Assembly: GCA_977017575.1 (NCBI GenBank)
Contig: CDRNVI010000052.1
Location: forward strand, 1-64,000
Length of the DNA: 64,000 nt
Direction of reading: 5' to 3'
Source: Paramoeba atlantica
Lineage: Eukaryota > Protista > Discosea
In this document: one piece after another, positions 1 through 8,776 of the stretch
Layout of the letters: each line of letters starts with the position of its first letter
Position numbering within the stretch: position 1 is the stretch's first letter
The notes under the pieces: generated by a model
Databases searched by the model: none
What the model saw: only the letters and a program-made list of their open reading frames with translations
Told to the model about the DNA's origin: nothing
Position numbers and translations under genes: made by a program

Positions 1-2
1 TT

Positions 3-1370
3 ATCCTCTCCAGCAGTCGGTTTTGGTTCAACTACAGACACACCGCTAACGCGCTCACCTTCCACCGTCTCCTCACCCAGCAAGGCGTCCCGTCCTCCCA
101 CATCCTGCTCCTCCTCGCGGACCCCCTCGCCTGTAACTCACGCAACCCCTACCCTGGCACCATCTACGCCCACCCGTCTCTCACCGACAACCTCTTCGCT
201 CCCCCCCACCCCTGTGGAACACAACCCCCAATGTCTCTTCTCTCCCACAAAGGGTACGACGTCACCCCGGAGTCTCTGTTTCGTGCCCTCCAAGGGCGAC
301 CGTTCTCTCCTCGTGCCTCCTCCTCCTCCCCCTCATCTCCTGCTTCCTCTTCTCCTACGAAGACCGAAAAAGGAAGAAACGCTTCGGCTTCGTCTTCTTT
401 TTTTTCTCTTTTCCCTTTTTCGCTTTTTTCTTCCTCTTCACCCTCTCCCCATAAGAATACAAAAGCAACGCGTAAGAAACGAAGAAGAAGAGACAATGAA
501 AAAGAAGAAGAAAAACAAGAAGAAGAAGGAAAAAAAGAAAAAGAAGAAAAACAAGAAGAAGAAAAAGAAGAAGAAGAAGAAGAAGAAAAACAAGAAGAAA
601 AAGAAGAAGAAGAAGAAAAACCAGAAGAAAATGAAAAAGAAGAAAACACACGTTATTTTTCCTCTTCTTCCCCTAAACACAGAAATACGAAAGACCACGA
701 CCACGAGACCCCCCCCTTCACCCCCCCCTCCCCCTTCACCCCCCCTCCCCACGCCCACCTCCTGCTCTACCTCACCGGCCACGGCGCCCGCGGGCTCCTC
801 AAGTTCCACGACGCCCGCGAGATGCCCTACGCCGCCCTCGCCGCGGAGGTCCACCGGCTGTTCCTCCGGGTGCGGTTCGCGCGGCTGCTGGTGCTCGCGG
901 AGACCTGCGAGGGGGCGTCGCTGTGCGCCGCGCTGCACACCCCGGGGGTCGTGTGCGTGGCCGCGAGCGACGTCGGGGAGCCCTCCAGGTCGTGGGCCCG
1001 GGACCCGCGGGTGGGGCAGCCCGTGGTGGACCGGTTCGCCAGGAGCACGGAGAGGGGGGTGGGGGCGGGGAGGGCGGAGAGGGAGAGAGAGAAAACAGAA
1101 AAGGGGGGAGGGAAGGAAGCGGGGTGTGGCCCTCCGATGTTGCGGAGGTTGATGCGACATTGGAGGGAGGGGAGGGGGGAGATACGCTCGACGGTGCGGG
1201 TGTATGTGTCGGGGAGGGAAGGGGAGGGGGAAGGGGGGAAGGTGGTGAAAATGTACCCTGTGGAGTCGTTTTCGGGGGAGGAAGAGGAGGGGTTGGATGG
1301 TTTGTTGGAGAGTATATGGGATGTGGAGGAGGAGACGGTGTCGTTTCCGGATTTGCAGGACGTGGAGTGA
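3..1370 (+). CDS. GPI8: GPI transamidase catalytic subunit (peptidase C13), 5' end outside window, with a long low-complexity insertion
   Basis: Frame open from nt 3: ILSSSRFWFNYRHTANAL...ADPLACNSRNPYPG...KGYDVTPESLFRALQGR, then LLLYLTGHGARGLLKFHD (catalytic His-Gly) and VLAETCEG (catalytic Cys), then GQPVVDRF. No C-terminal TM helix, as in trypanosomatid GPI8. Confidence 0.9.
   Translation: MLSSSRFWFNYRHTANALTFHRLLTQQGVPSSHILLLLADPLACNSRNPYPGTIYAHPSLTDNLFAPPHPCGTQPPMSLLSHKGYDVTPESLFRALQGRPFSPRASSSSPSSPASSSPTKTEKGRNASASSSFFSLFPFSLFSSSSPSPHKNTKATRKKRRRRDNEKEEEKQEEEGKKEKEEKQEEEKEEEEEEEKQEEKEEEEEKPEENEKEENTRYFSSSSPKHRNTKDHDHETPPFTPPSPFTPPPHAHLLLYLTGHGARGLLKFHDAREMPYAALAAEVHRLFLRVRFARLLVLAETCEGASLCAALHTPGVVCVAASDVGEPSRSWARDPRVGQPVVDRFARSTERGVGAGRAEREREKTEKGGGKEAGCGPPMLRRLMRHWREGRGEIRSTVRVYVSGREGEGEGGKVVKMYPVESFSGEEEEGLDGLLESIWDVEEETVSFPDLQDVE
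381..648 (+). repeat. Low-complexity tract (CT-rich, then GAA/AAA-rich) encoding an S/F-rich then E/K-rich insert in GPI8
   Basis: Long (GAA)n/AAAGAA runs at about 470-648, in frame, no stops. Confidence 0.9.
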
Positions 1371-1816
1371 GGTCTTTTTTTCCTGGAGGCGCGTAACGTG
1401 TATCCCTTTTTTACCATAAAGGAGAGTATATCAGAACGATGCGTGAGAGAAAATTTGTCTTCCCCTACAAGCTTCAAAGGTGATACATGCTGACGGTTTG
1501 TCCATGAATTAGGAGAACAGCGAGAAACGACCCTTCGGTCTGTCTTCTTAGGCTTGCTGATCTGCACGACGTAGAAAATTACTCCAGTAGAAAGGTGTAA
1601 GGGAAACGTTGTGTGCAGACGCCCATCGTACTGCACACGAAATATGCGCGGGGTGAATGGGATTGGGTTCACGGAGCTTCAGCGATAATGCTTTTTTCAC
1701 CATCGAATTTCTTTCTCCTTGGAGGACTTTAATATGGATATACCCAGAAGAAGATTTGTGAATACGAATGTACTCTAAACGTATTTATTTTTCCTTTTTT
1801 GCACTTTTTCCGCATA

Positions 1817-2482
1817 ATGGCCGTCACCCCATGGCTCGGGCCTCTGTGCTCTCCCGCAGAGGTAGAAACCTATCTTAATGACGGGGACCCTAACTCCTCT
1901 CCCCCTATGTCCTGTCTCACCTGGATCAAATGGCTGCGTGAGGCCGAAGATGACGAAGACACCCGCATTCAGTGGGACCGACTTTTTGCAGAGCTCAATT
2001 GGATTCGACACGAAAAACAGCAACGGCAGAACCGTGCAAACCATAAAAGTACAGCAAAAGATTCAATTCCATTGGGTTCAGAGACACCTCTTGTTCCACC
2101 TCCACCCGTTGATGTCTCTAGTTCGGAAAAGAATCCCATTTCCGGTCCAACCTCAAACGAGGAACCGCGGGGCAAGAAGCGGCCTGCGGCTTCTACAGTT
2201 CCGGATAAGGTGGAGCCCATACCTGAACCAGTGGCAATGCAACACCCGCCTCATACCACTGGTTCATGCACGGCTGATTCGCTGCCGCAAAGCTCTGAGA
2301 TCACACAAGGGCCGCCGTCAGAGGAGAGGAAGCCTTTGCCGGAGGAAAGTTTGGTGGGGAAGGAAACTATAGTCTATGCGGAAACTGCCAGAGCGGGAAC
2401 CAACGTGACAGTCCCACGTCCAGCGCCTTCTCGAGCCGTTCGTATGAAGTTACGGACGAAGCCCCCACGAACAGTGAAGTAG
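1817..2482 (+). CDS. Hypothetical protein (Trp-rich N-terminal region, Pro/Ser-rich tail)
   Basis: 221-codon ATG ORF on the coding strand; no recognised domain. Confidence 0.5.
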   Translation: MAVTPWLGPLCSPAEVETYLNDGDPNSSPPMSCLTWIKWLREAEDDEDTRIQWDRLFAELNWIRHEKQQRQNRANHKSTAKDSIPLGSETPLVPPPPVDVSSSEKNPISGPTSNEEPRGKKRPAASTVPDKVEPIPEPVAMQHPPHTTGSCTADSLPQSSEITQGPPSEERKPLPEESLVGKETIVYAETARAGTNVTVPRPAPSRAVRMKLRTKPPRTVK

Positions 2483-2814
2483 GGAAGGTTAAACGGTTCG
2501 TTCGTTAGGAGAGAAAGAAATATTGGCGTTGCGGGAGGTGTGTGGATAGGATGAAACCCTGTAGATGGTTAGGTTTCGGATGTGAGGTACGTAGTGATAC
2601 ACAAAGGACTTGTAAAATAAGTTTCTTCCTCTTTACTAAATACATACAAATATACACATACATATAATGTATGTGGACTTTCGATTAGATGTTTTAGTGC
2701 ACTCCGTTTTGGCTACCACTCAGAATTAGAAAGTCGTCATGACGTCAACAGTCTTTAGCACAACGATGGGCCGGATTGAACGAATAATGTACGAATTTTC
2801 TTCTTCGTAATTTT

Positions 2815-3817
2815 TTATAAAACTTTTCCATAATGCAGCCTTTTGGCTTCCTTCATTAACGATTGGGGGCTGCATAATAGGTAGTAATATAGTGCGCGCA
2901 ATACATGCGCAGATCGTCTAAAACTCGCTTCTGTGTACTTGTCCCATTCACCTGCAGATATCCGTTGCACTTTTCTGCTAGGGTGCGTAGACGCTCTTGG
3001 GTCAATTCCTAAAAGCAATTTGCACCAATTCACCGATAGGGTGTTGTACTCAGAAGGAAATGTAAGAGTGTCTTCCTCACGTTCTTTGCGCGCCTTGTGT
3101 CGGTTAGGTTCTGCGGATCATTAAAAAAGACTCGCACCATACCCTCAAGTAGGTCGTCAGAAAGATGTCTCTTCTTGTTTTCTATGTGCAGCATGTGACC
3201 AAATTCGCGTTCCGTGTGTGTTTCGGAAAAGTGAATCCGGTTTATTGCTTGTCTAAACACTCGGATGTGCTTGTATTTTTGAGAAATAGAACTTCGCCAA
3301 TAGCTCTCCACAACTTGTCGCTATGCATCATCAACCAGGCGATCAAATTCCGACTCCAACACTTCTCGTGACACATTATTTTCGAAGATACGCGTTACCC
3401 TACTCTTTTTACCGTAATCTTTTGGCATTGCGTCTACGACAATTTTTTCATGTGTTTCACTATTGTATTAGAAGGGAAATCCGCCTCTGGGATTACACGT
3501 GTATTCAAGTATGTTTGACTCAAGGAAGCCTCAGCAACTGTCCCAGTTACCTCCACCACCTCATTATTTCTCTCAAGCGATCGCTTACGCACCGGTTGTT
3601 CATGGCGTCGAATAATATTCGCTCTCGCGGCAACAAACTCTTCTTTGTGGGCAGTAGTTGACATAACGTCCTTCCAGTTGCCGTGCATCGATTTCATGTG
3701 TTCGATAAGAACAGAATGAGATCGTTCTGCAGACTTCTTCGCTTTGTAGCCATATTTTTCATTGGCTCTTGGGCACTTCGTACACAACCAATAAATAGCA
3801 TTCCCAGGGTCCCGCAC
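2815..3817 (-). mobile_element. Decayed, internally deleted hAT-like transposase
   Basis: BED-finger-like YWLCTKC...LIEHMKSMH (about 3683-3793) and hAT C-terminal dimerisation-like HFSETHTEREFGHMLHIENKKRHLSDDLLEGMVRVFFN (about 3118-3240), separated by a frameshift and a TAG. No catalytic core between them; TIRs not found. Confidence 0.6.
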
Positions 3818-4045
3818 AAATCACCACTCCATTAACTGATCACCATTGCTTTTTGACCACCAATGCTTTTTGGCATGTGAAAAGATTGAAATTAAAATGA
3901 CTGAAAATATGAACCGTGATCCCTAAAAAAGTTTGATTATCAGTAGTAAGAAAAGTGTGTTGTGTGGGGGGGGGTTATTATTTCTATAAAAACGGGATGT
4001 CGGCTCTATTTGCTGCTTACTCCACCTTTTTCCCGTAATCAATCT

Positions 4046-4749
4046 TCAATTGATCGTTTCCTTCCAGTACCGGCCGTACTCCCGCCCGAACTTATTCTTA
4101 TACCGCAGGTAATGGAGGGTCTCGAAAGCAGGCTCAACCGAAATGGCGGACTTCAGGGCTTTCGCTCCGATTGCGGGACTAATTCGATTTTTTACAGGAA
4201 CGCGCGGTGGCAGACGAGGGACCTGGTTTGGTTCAAGAGATTCCTCGGCAATGCTCAGTTGTGATACATGTGAAGTGATGGCTGATGCATCCACCATTGA
4301 CTCCGTGATAACGCTTGAGGAGCGTCTGAGCTCGGCTCTGGATTCTATGGGATCCCAACATTGTCGGTTTCGTGACTGCCGAAAGAGCCTCGCGTAGCAA
4401 AAGCAGTTGTGTCAACCCTATTTCATAAATAATTATAATTCTTTATTTGATCGAGGGGGATGATACTGAAACAATTTCCCAAAGCCAAGTTGGGTAAATT
4501 TGTGCCAATTTTCTTTTTTTAGTTTATCTTCCGATAAACTCTACGTGCCGTGCTTACCTCGACCTTGTAATCTCGGGCGGCGGCGCTTACAGACTTGCCA
4601 GCATCCATACTGGCACATAGGTTATTTTTTAGTTGTATGGTAAGATCTACTCGAACCTTCTGCGGCTGCTCAGCGAGCTGGTAAGATGCATTTAATATTA
4701 GTGCGGTGGATGAAGTAGATGAAGTATCATCGGGAAAGGGCAGTTTCAT
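4046..4749 (-). mobile_element. Possible pogo/CENP-B-type transposase remnant
   Basis: RVDLTIQLKNNLCASMDAGKSVSAAARDYKVEVSTARRVYRK resembles a psq/CENP-B N-terminal HTH; downstream sequence is broken and no DDE motif was seen. Confidence 0.35.
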
Positions 4750-4863
4750 GTGGCAACGGTGAGGATAGAGTCAGTTGGCTCGCGTTAAAGAATAGAAGTG
4801 GTTGGGCCATCGGGTATTAAACGAATATTGAAATCAATGAAACTCTACAATTTCTGACCTGGG

Positions 4864-5331
4864 TTAGTTATCATCACAGAGTAGGGATGGGGGGGAATCT
4901 GATACCTCCCTTACTTCGCCGCAGACGGAGTGGCTAAGTGTGGTGAAGTAAGGGGGGGGAGTAAGGGGGGGTAACGGTACGCTCTTTAAGAAGACGATGT
5001 GTACCCATCTAGGCTCAAAAACATGCAAAAAGAGCCCATGATTAACACTTATCCCCAACCGAGCCATCACCCCCTCCACCTCATACCATCTCTGATTCCT
5101 GGCGCAGTTTTCTTGGGCCATCTTTTGGGGCGATGTAAAATTGTAAAGACCCGTACACACCGCACTCGAATAATTTCTGATCGGTCCAAGAGGAATGCGC
5201 TTCAACTTGTGTGCCTCAGTTAGGTTACAGCTGGGCCCCTTGGATAACCTGCTGCATCCTTCATTGTTTAAAATGCTCGTCACTTTATTAAGAGAACAAG
5301 TGCGCCCCTTGTTTTTAACCATTTTATGCAC
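4864..5331 (-). mobile_element. Highly decayed Tc1/mariner-like transposase remnant
   Basis: KVTSILNNEG...NLTEAHKLKR resembles the Tc1 ..TVRRIL..P.LT..HK..R region; DGP and GGG-VM-like fragments follow in shifted frames. Confidence 0.3.
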
Positions 5332-5679
5332 CCAAGAATACGTGGGGCATCCATCAGGGCTCTCATTCTCTTCGTTACCTATGTTTTTTACTGGGGAGAT
5401 AAATCTTTTTTATGTTTTTTTTCTTTATGGTGATTTTAGAGGGGACAAATCTTTTTCTTTCCACAAGTTGATAAATTTTCGTGCTGTGCGGCGGTCACGC
5501 CCAAAAGTCGACGCTAATTTGTGAATCGACGTACCGCTTTTCTATTGTTTAATTATTTGCAGTCTCTCAAACAGAGGGACAGAGAAAGTAGTTTTATGTG
5601 ATATGGGGGGGTGTCTTATCTTTCGCCGCTCCATCCCTCAACGTATTCACCACACTTGGGGTTGCTTCGTCTTGTTTTC

Positions 5680-5888
5680 CTAACGAAAAACAATGGATGT
5701 GTTCCAGAAAATGAGTCCAGGGGTCCCCACAAAAAACGTGCGGCAAAGCACTTCGCCAGGGGAACGAGCTCTATCCAATGCTGAAAAAGGAGAAAATTCA
5801 CGTAGTCTTTTTAGATATCAAAAAAAATGAGAAAAAACGGACAAAAAAAGTCAAATTTCTGCGGGGGGGAGATATCTTGAAACCACTG
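5680..5888. mobile_element. MITE family A (CAGTGGTTTCAA termini), truncated copy
   Basis: Ends ...GATATCTTGAAACCACTG followed by TA; aligns by eye with the copies at 31337-31702 and 35739-36100; other end missing. Confidence 0.7.
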
Positions 5889-6036
5889 TAAGTACGGGGG
5901 TGAATTTACTATCTTTTCCTAGAACTTACAAACAAGTAGGGAGATAGTACCTAAAACATTTATAGCATCTAAAAAAACTTCCCTCTTCCCCCTTCTTCCC
6001 TCTTATCTACCTCTCCAACCCCCCCCCGCCTTCCCC

Positions 6037-6976
6037 ATGTTCCCCCTCCGCTACCGTCACCCCGACCACCCCGGTCTCCACCCCCTCCCCCTCCCCCCCC
6101 TCCACCCCCCTCTCCACCCTCCACGCCACCCTCTCCACCCGCGCCAGCATCCCCCTCCACGACCTCCAACTCCTCTACGGTTTCCCCCCCACCCCCCTCT
6201 CCCCCTCCCTCCCCCCCTCCACCCCCCTCGACCGCTCCCCCCTCCCCCCCTCCGGCACCACCCTCACCCTACGTCGTCTCTCCCGTGCCCCTCGAGCGAC
6301 CCAACCCACGGGCCCCTCCCCCTGCGGTACCCCCTATCTCCCCCCCTGCGGCCCCACACGCCTTCCCGTGGTCCGACACGTCCCCCCCGACCACTCCTGT
6401 CTCTTCCACGCGATGGCCTACGTGCTCCACCGTAGCCGCCGTCGTCGTGACCCGGCGGGGATGCGATCACAGGTCGCCGCTGTGATCGAAGCCAACCCCC
6501 GGGAGTTTCATCAAGGGGTGCTGGGGAGGGGGAATGGGGAATATGTGGCGTGGATACAGGGGAGGGGGGCGTGGGGAGGGGGGGTGGAGGTGGAGGTGCT
6601 GGGGGTGTTGTATGGGGTGGAGGTGGTGGTGGTGGTGGTGGAGGAGGACGGGGAGATAGGGGGGACAGAGGAGATCAAGGGGACAGAGGAGATCAAGGGG
6701 ACAGGGGAGATCAAGGGGACGGTGGTCCGGTTTTGTCAAAACCGGGGGTACAATACCCGGGTTTTTTTAAAATTGGAAAAAGGGCATTATGATGCGTTAG
6801 CAATGGCGGTGGGGGGGGGAGGGGAGGAAAGGGATGACCAGGTGGTGTTTAGTGTAACGGACGAGGAGGTGATGAGGAAGATGAGGGGGTTGGTGGGATT
6901 GGGGCGTGAAGGAGAGGGCGGGAGGAAAAGAGGGAGGGTGGAGTGGGGGAGAGGAGTGAGGGTGGGGAGTGGGTGA
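6037..6976 (+). CDS. OTU1: OTU1/YOD1-type deubiquitinase with one apparent frameshift near 6082-6100
   Basis: ATG 6037 (MFPLRYRHP) is in one frame. The UBL-like ...IPLHDLQLLYGFPP...SGTTLTL and the OTU core PDHSCLFHAM...WGGGVE...GHYDAL are in the next frame, open 6101-6976 with no upstream in-frame ATG. Confidence 0.85.
6653..6721 (+). repeat. 18-bp tandem repeat x~4 (GAGATCAAGGGGACAGAG) encoding (EIKGTE)n within the OTU domain
   Basis: Direct reading: units at 6653, 6671, 6689, 6707. Confidence 0.9.
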
Positions 6977-7164
6977 AGCGATTAGTTGCGTTCAACACCC
7001 CCCACCTGTATGTGAGTAAGATAGTTCTGTACATGAAGAAACCGTGATGGAGGGTAATTGGTATGCAATTTTTTGTGTTATCATTGTAACCTACATCCTT
7101 TCCTGTTTCTTTTCTTCCGACACCCCATAAAAGTACATGTCTGATCTACGCAACACCGTCTAAA

Positions 7165-8526
7165 ATGGAAAAACTTCACTCTGAGTATGAAACCGGCACG
7201 TTCTGCGTCGAGCTCGCCATTCTAAGCCTACATTGTGCTTCGCTGCAGCGCAACAAGGTATACCGTGTGTGCTGGGTGCGTGGCTCCAACGGGGGCAAGA
7301 CCCCATATATCGAGTGCATGGACCGTGGCGTGCTACAACTCTCTCCTACCCCCTTGTTCCGCTTCACTACACATCTCAAAAACGCCCCCAAACAGCTCAA
7401 ATTTAAAATCGAGGAATATCTCTCCCCCAAAGATACAGAAAAGCCCGCCAGAGTCTATGTGGTGCAGTATAACTTGCAGAATGCTCACCCTCGGGCACAG
7501 CGCCCAACCCACCCCAACGTCGCGGAGCTACGGTTCTACATGGGAGCCTCCGATGCCGTGCTGCGGTTTTACTGTCTGTTGTACCGAGAGAAGCACGGCC
7601 GTCCCCCACAGCGGCTGTTTACGGACTCTGGAAACGGCGTAGAGACTCAGCGCAATCAGGGGAGTCGTTCTCCAATTTCTCCGGAACAAGAATTGCCGCA
7701 AACAAATTACAACGGGGGTCGTTCAGAGGGTTCGCCAAACAACCATGTGGAAAATTTATCGCGTCGATTGGATCATCTGCAGCACGCGTTTGCGGAACTG
7801 CGTCAGGAGGTTCGTGGGTTGAAATCGGAGCTGGAAGTTCTTCGCGGCGGGAGAGCGCAGGGTCCAGTAGTCTTAGAAAAAATGAGTGACCTGGCCACTT
7901 CGCAAGCTCCGTTTGGTGTGACATCCAAGAAAACAGAGGTAATGTCGGGGAATACGGCCACTCAACAAAGTAATACAAAACCCGTTGTCGAAGGCCGGTG
8001 GCGTTCCTTGTCCTTTGGGGAGCCCAGCAAGAGCATGTCAAGCATACCGAGTAATCTGAGCTTTAGCTCGACTCACACCGCACCGCCGAAAACGTCGTTC
8101 GACCTTGTTGACGCGGACGAGTTCAAGTTTGGTAGCTCAGATGAGTCCTCTGAAAATGGAGACAAACCAAATAGCAGAGCAGGATCCGTTGAGCGGATGG
8201 TTGGGTCGGATAACACGTTCACAATACAGCCTGCTAAGGAGATCAAAACTAGTGAAATTTTAGCTACATCGAAATCATACGATACAGAGAGCTCCAAACT
8301 GCAGCAGAGGGAAGCCAGCGACAGCAACATCAATCTTCATGAAGATATGTTTTCATCGTTGGCCTCACTTGCAGTGAATGTTCAAAGTGTTTCACGGACG
8401 TCGAAGCCGAATTCGGAGGGTGATCAAGCACCAACAGTTGGAAAGAGCAGCTCCGGACTTTCGAAGCAGAACGGCACGGAACAGAAAAGCCCGCAGGATT
8501 GGGCTCGTTTTCTTGACTCTGTGTAG
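7165..8526 (+). CDS. Hypothetical protein, possible N-terminal NT-C2 (EEIG1/EHBP1-like) domain, coiled coil, Ser-rich tail
   Basis: 453-aa ORF; FCVELAILSL...VYRVCWVRGSNGGKT resembles NT-C2; LSRRLDHLQHAFAELRQEVRGLKSELEVL is a coiled coil. Confidence 0.6.
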   Translation: MEKLHSEYETGTFCVELAILSLHCASLQRNKVYRVCWVRGSNGGKTPYIECMDRGVLQLSPTPLFRFTTHLKNAPKQLKFKIEEYLSPKDTEKPARVYVVQYNLQNAHPRAQRPTHPNVAELRFYMGASDAVLRFYCLLYREKHGRPPQRLFTDSGNGVETQRNQGSRSPISPEQELPQTNYNGGRSEGSPNNHVENLSRRLDHLQHAFAELRQEVRGLKSELEVLRGGRAQGPVVLEKMSDLATSQAPFGVTSKKTEVMSGNTATQQSNTKPVVEGRWRSLSFGEPSKSMSSIPSNLSFSSTHTAPPKTSFDLVDADEFKFGSSDESSENGDKPNSRAGSVERMVGSDNTFTIQPAKEIKTSEILATSKSYDTESSKLQQREASDSNINLHEDMFSSLASLAVNVQSVSRTSKPNSEGDQAPTVGKSSSGLSKQNGTEQKSPQDWARFLDSV

Positions 8527-8776
8527 ATCACCAGCCAATACTGCCTGTGAGAATCTTGAGAAAATGCTCATCTACAGAGTTGAGTCTATACATTGTCATA
8601 CATTGTAGTTCCTCTTATGCAACACAAATCCAAAGACCATAGCACGTAATTCATGTCCTTTTTCGTTATGATCATGCTTTTTTATGGCTAGGTATGATTT
8701 TGCGATTCATCTCCATTATCGATCCTCACATTTTTTTTCTTATCTTGACCCCTACCTCCTTATTTCCCACCTCCCC

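Noticed and set aside
310-720. Canonical cis-spliced intron in GPI8
   Set aside because: The insert is in frame and stop-free, no convincing GT...AG pair bounds it, and cis-introns are very rare in kinetoplastids.
164-1160. Overlapping minus-strand and alternate-frame ORFs (poly-S/F, poly-K, poly-L)
   Set aside because: Shadows of the GAA/CT low-complexity insert and the GC-rich island in GPI8, which lack stop codons by composition.
827-1672. 281-aa minus-strand ORF extending into the GPI8 3' intergenic region
   Set aside because: The non-overlapping ~100 codons match no motif I recognise, and the rest is a GPI8 shadow.
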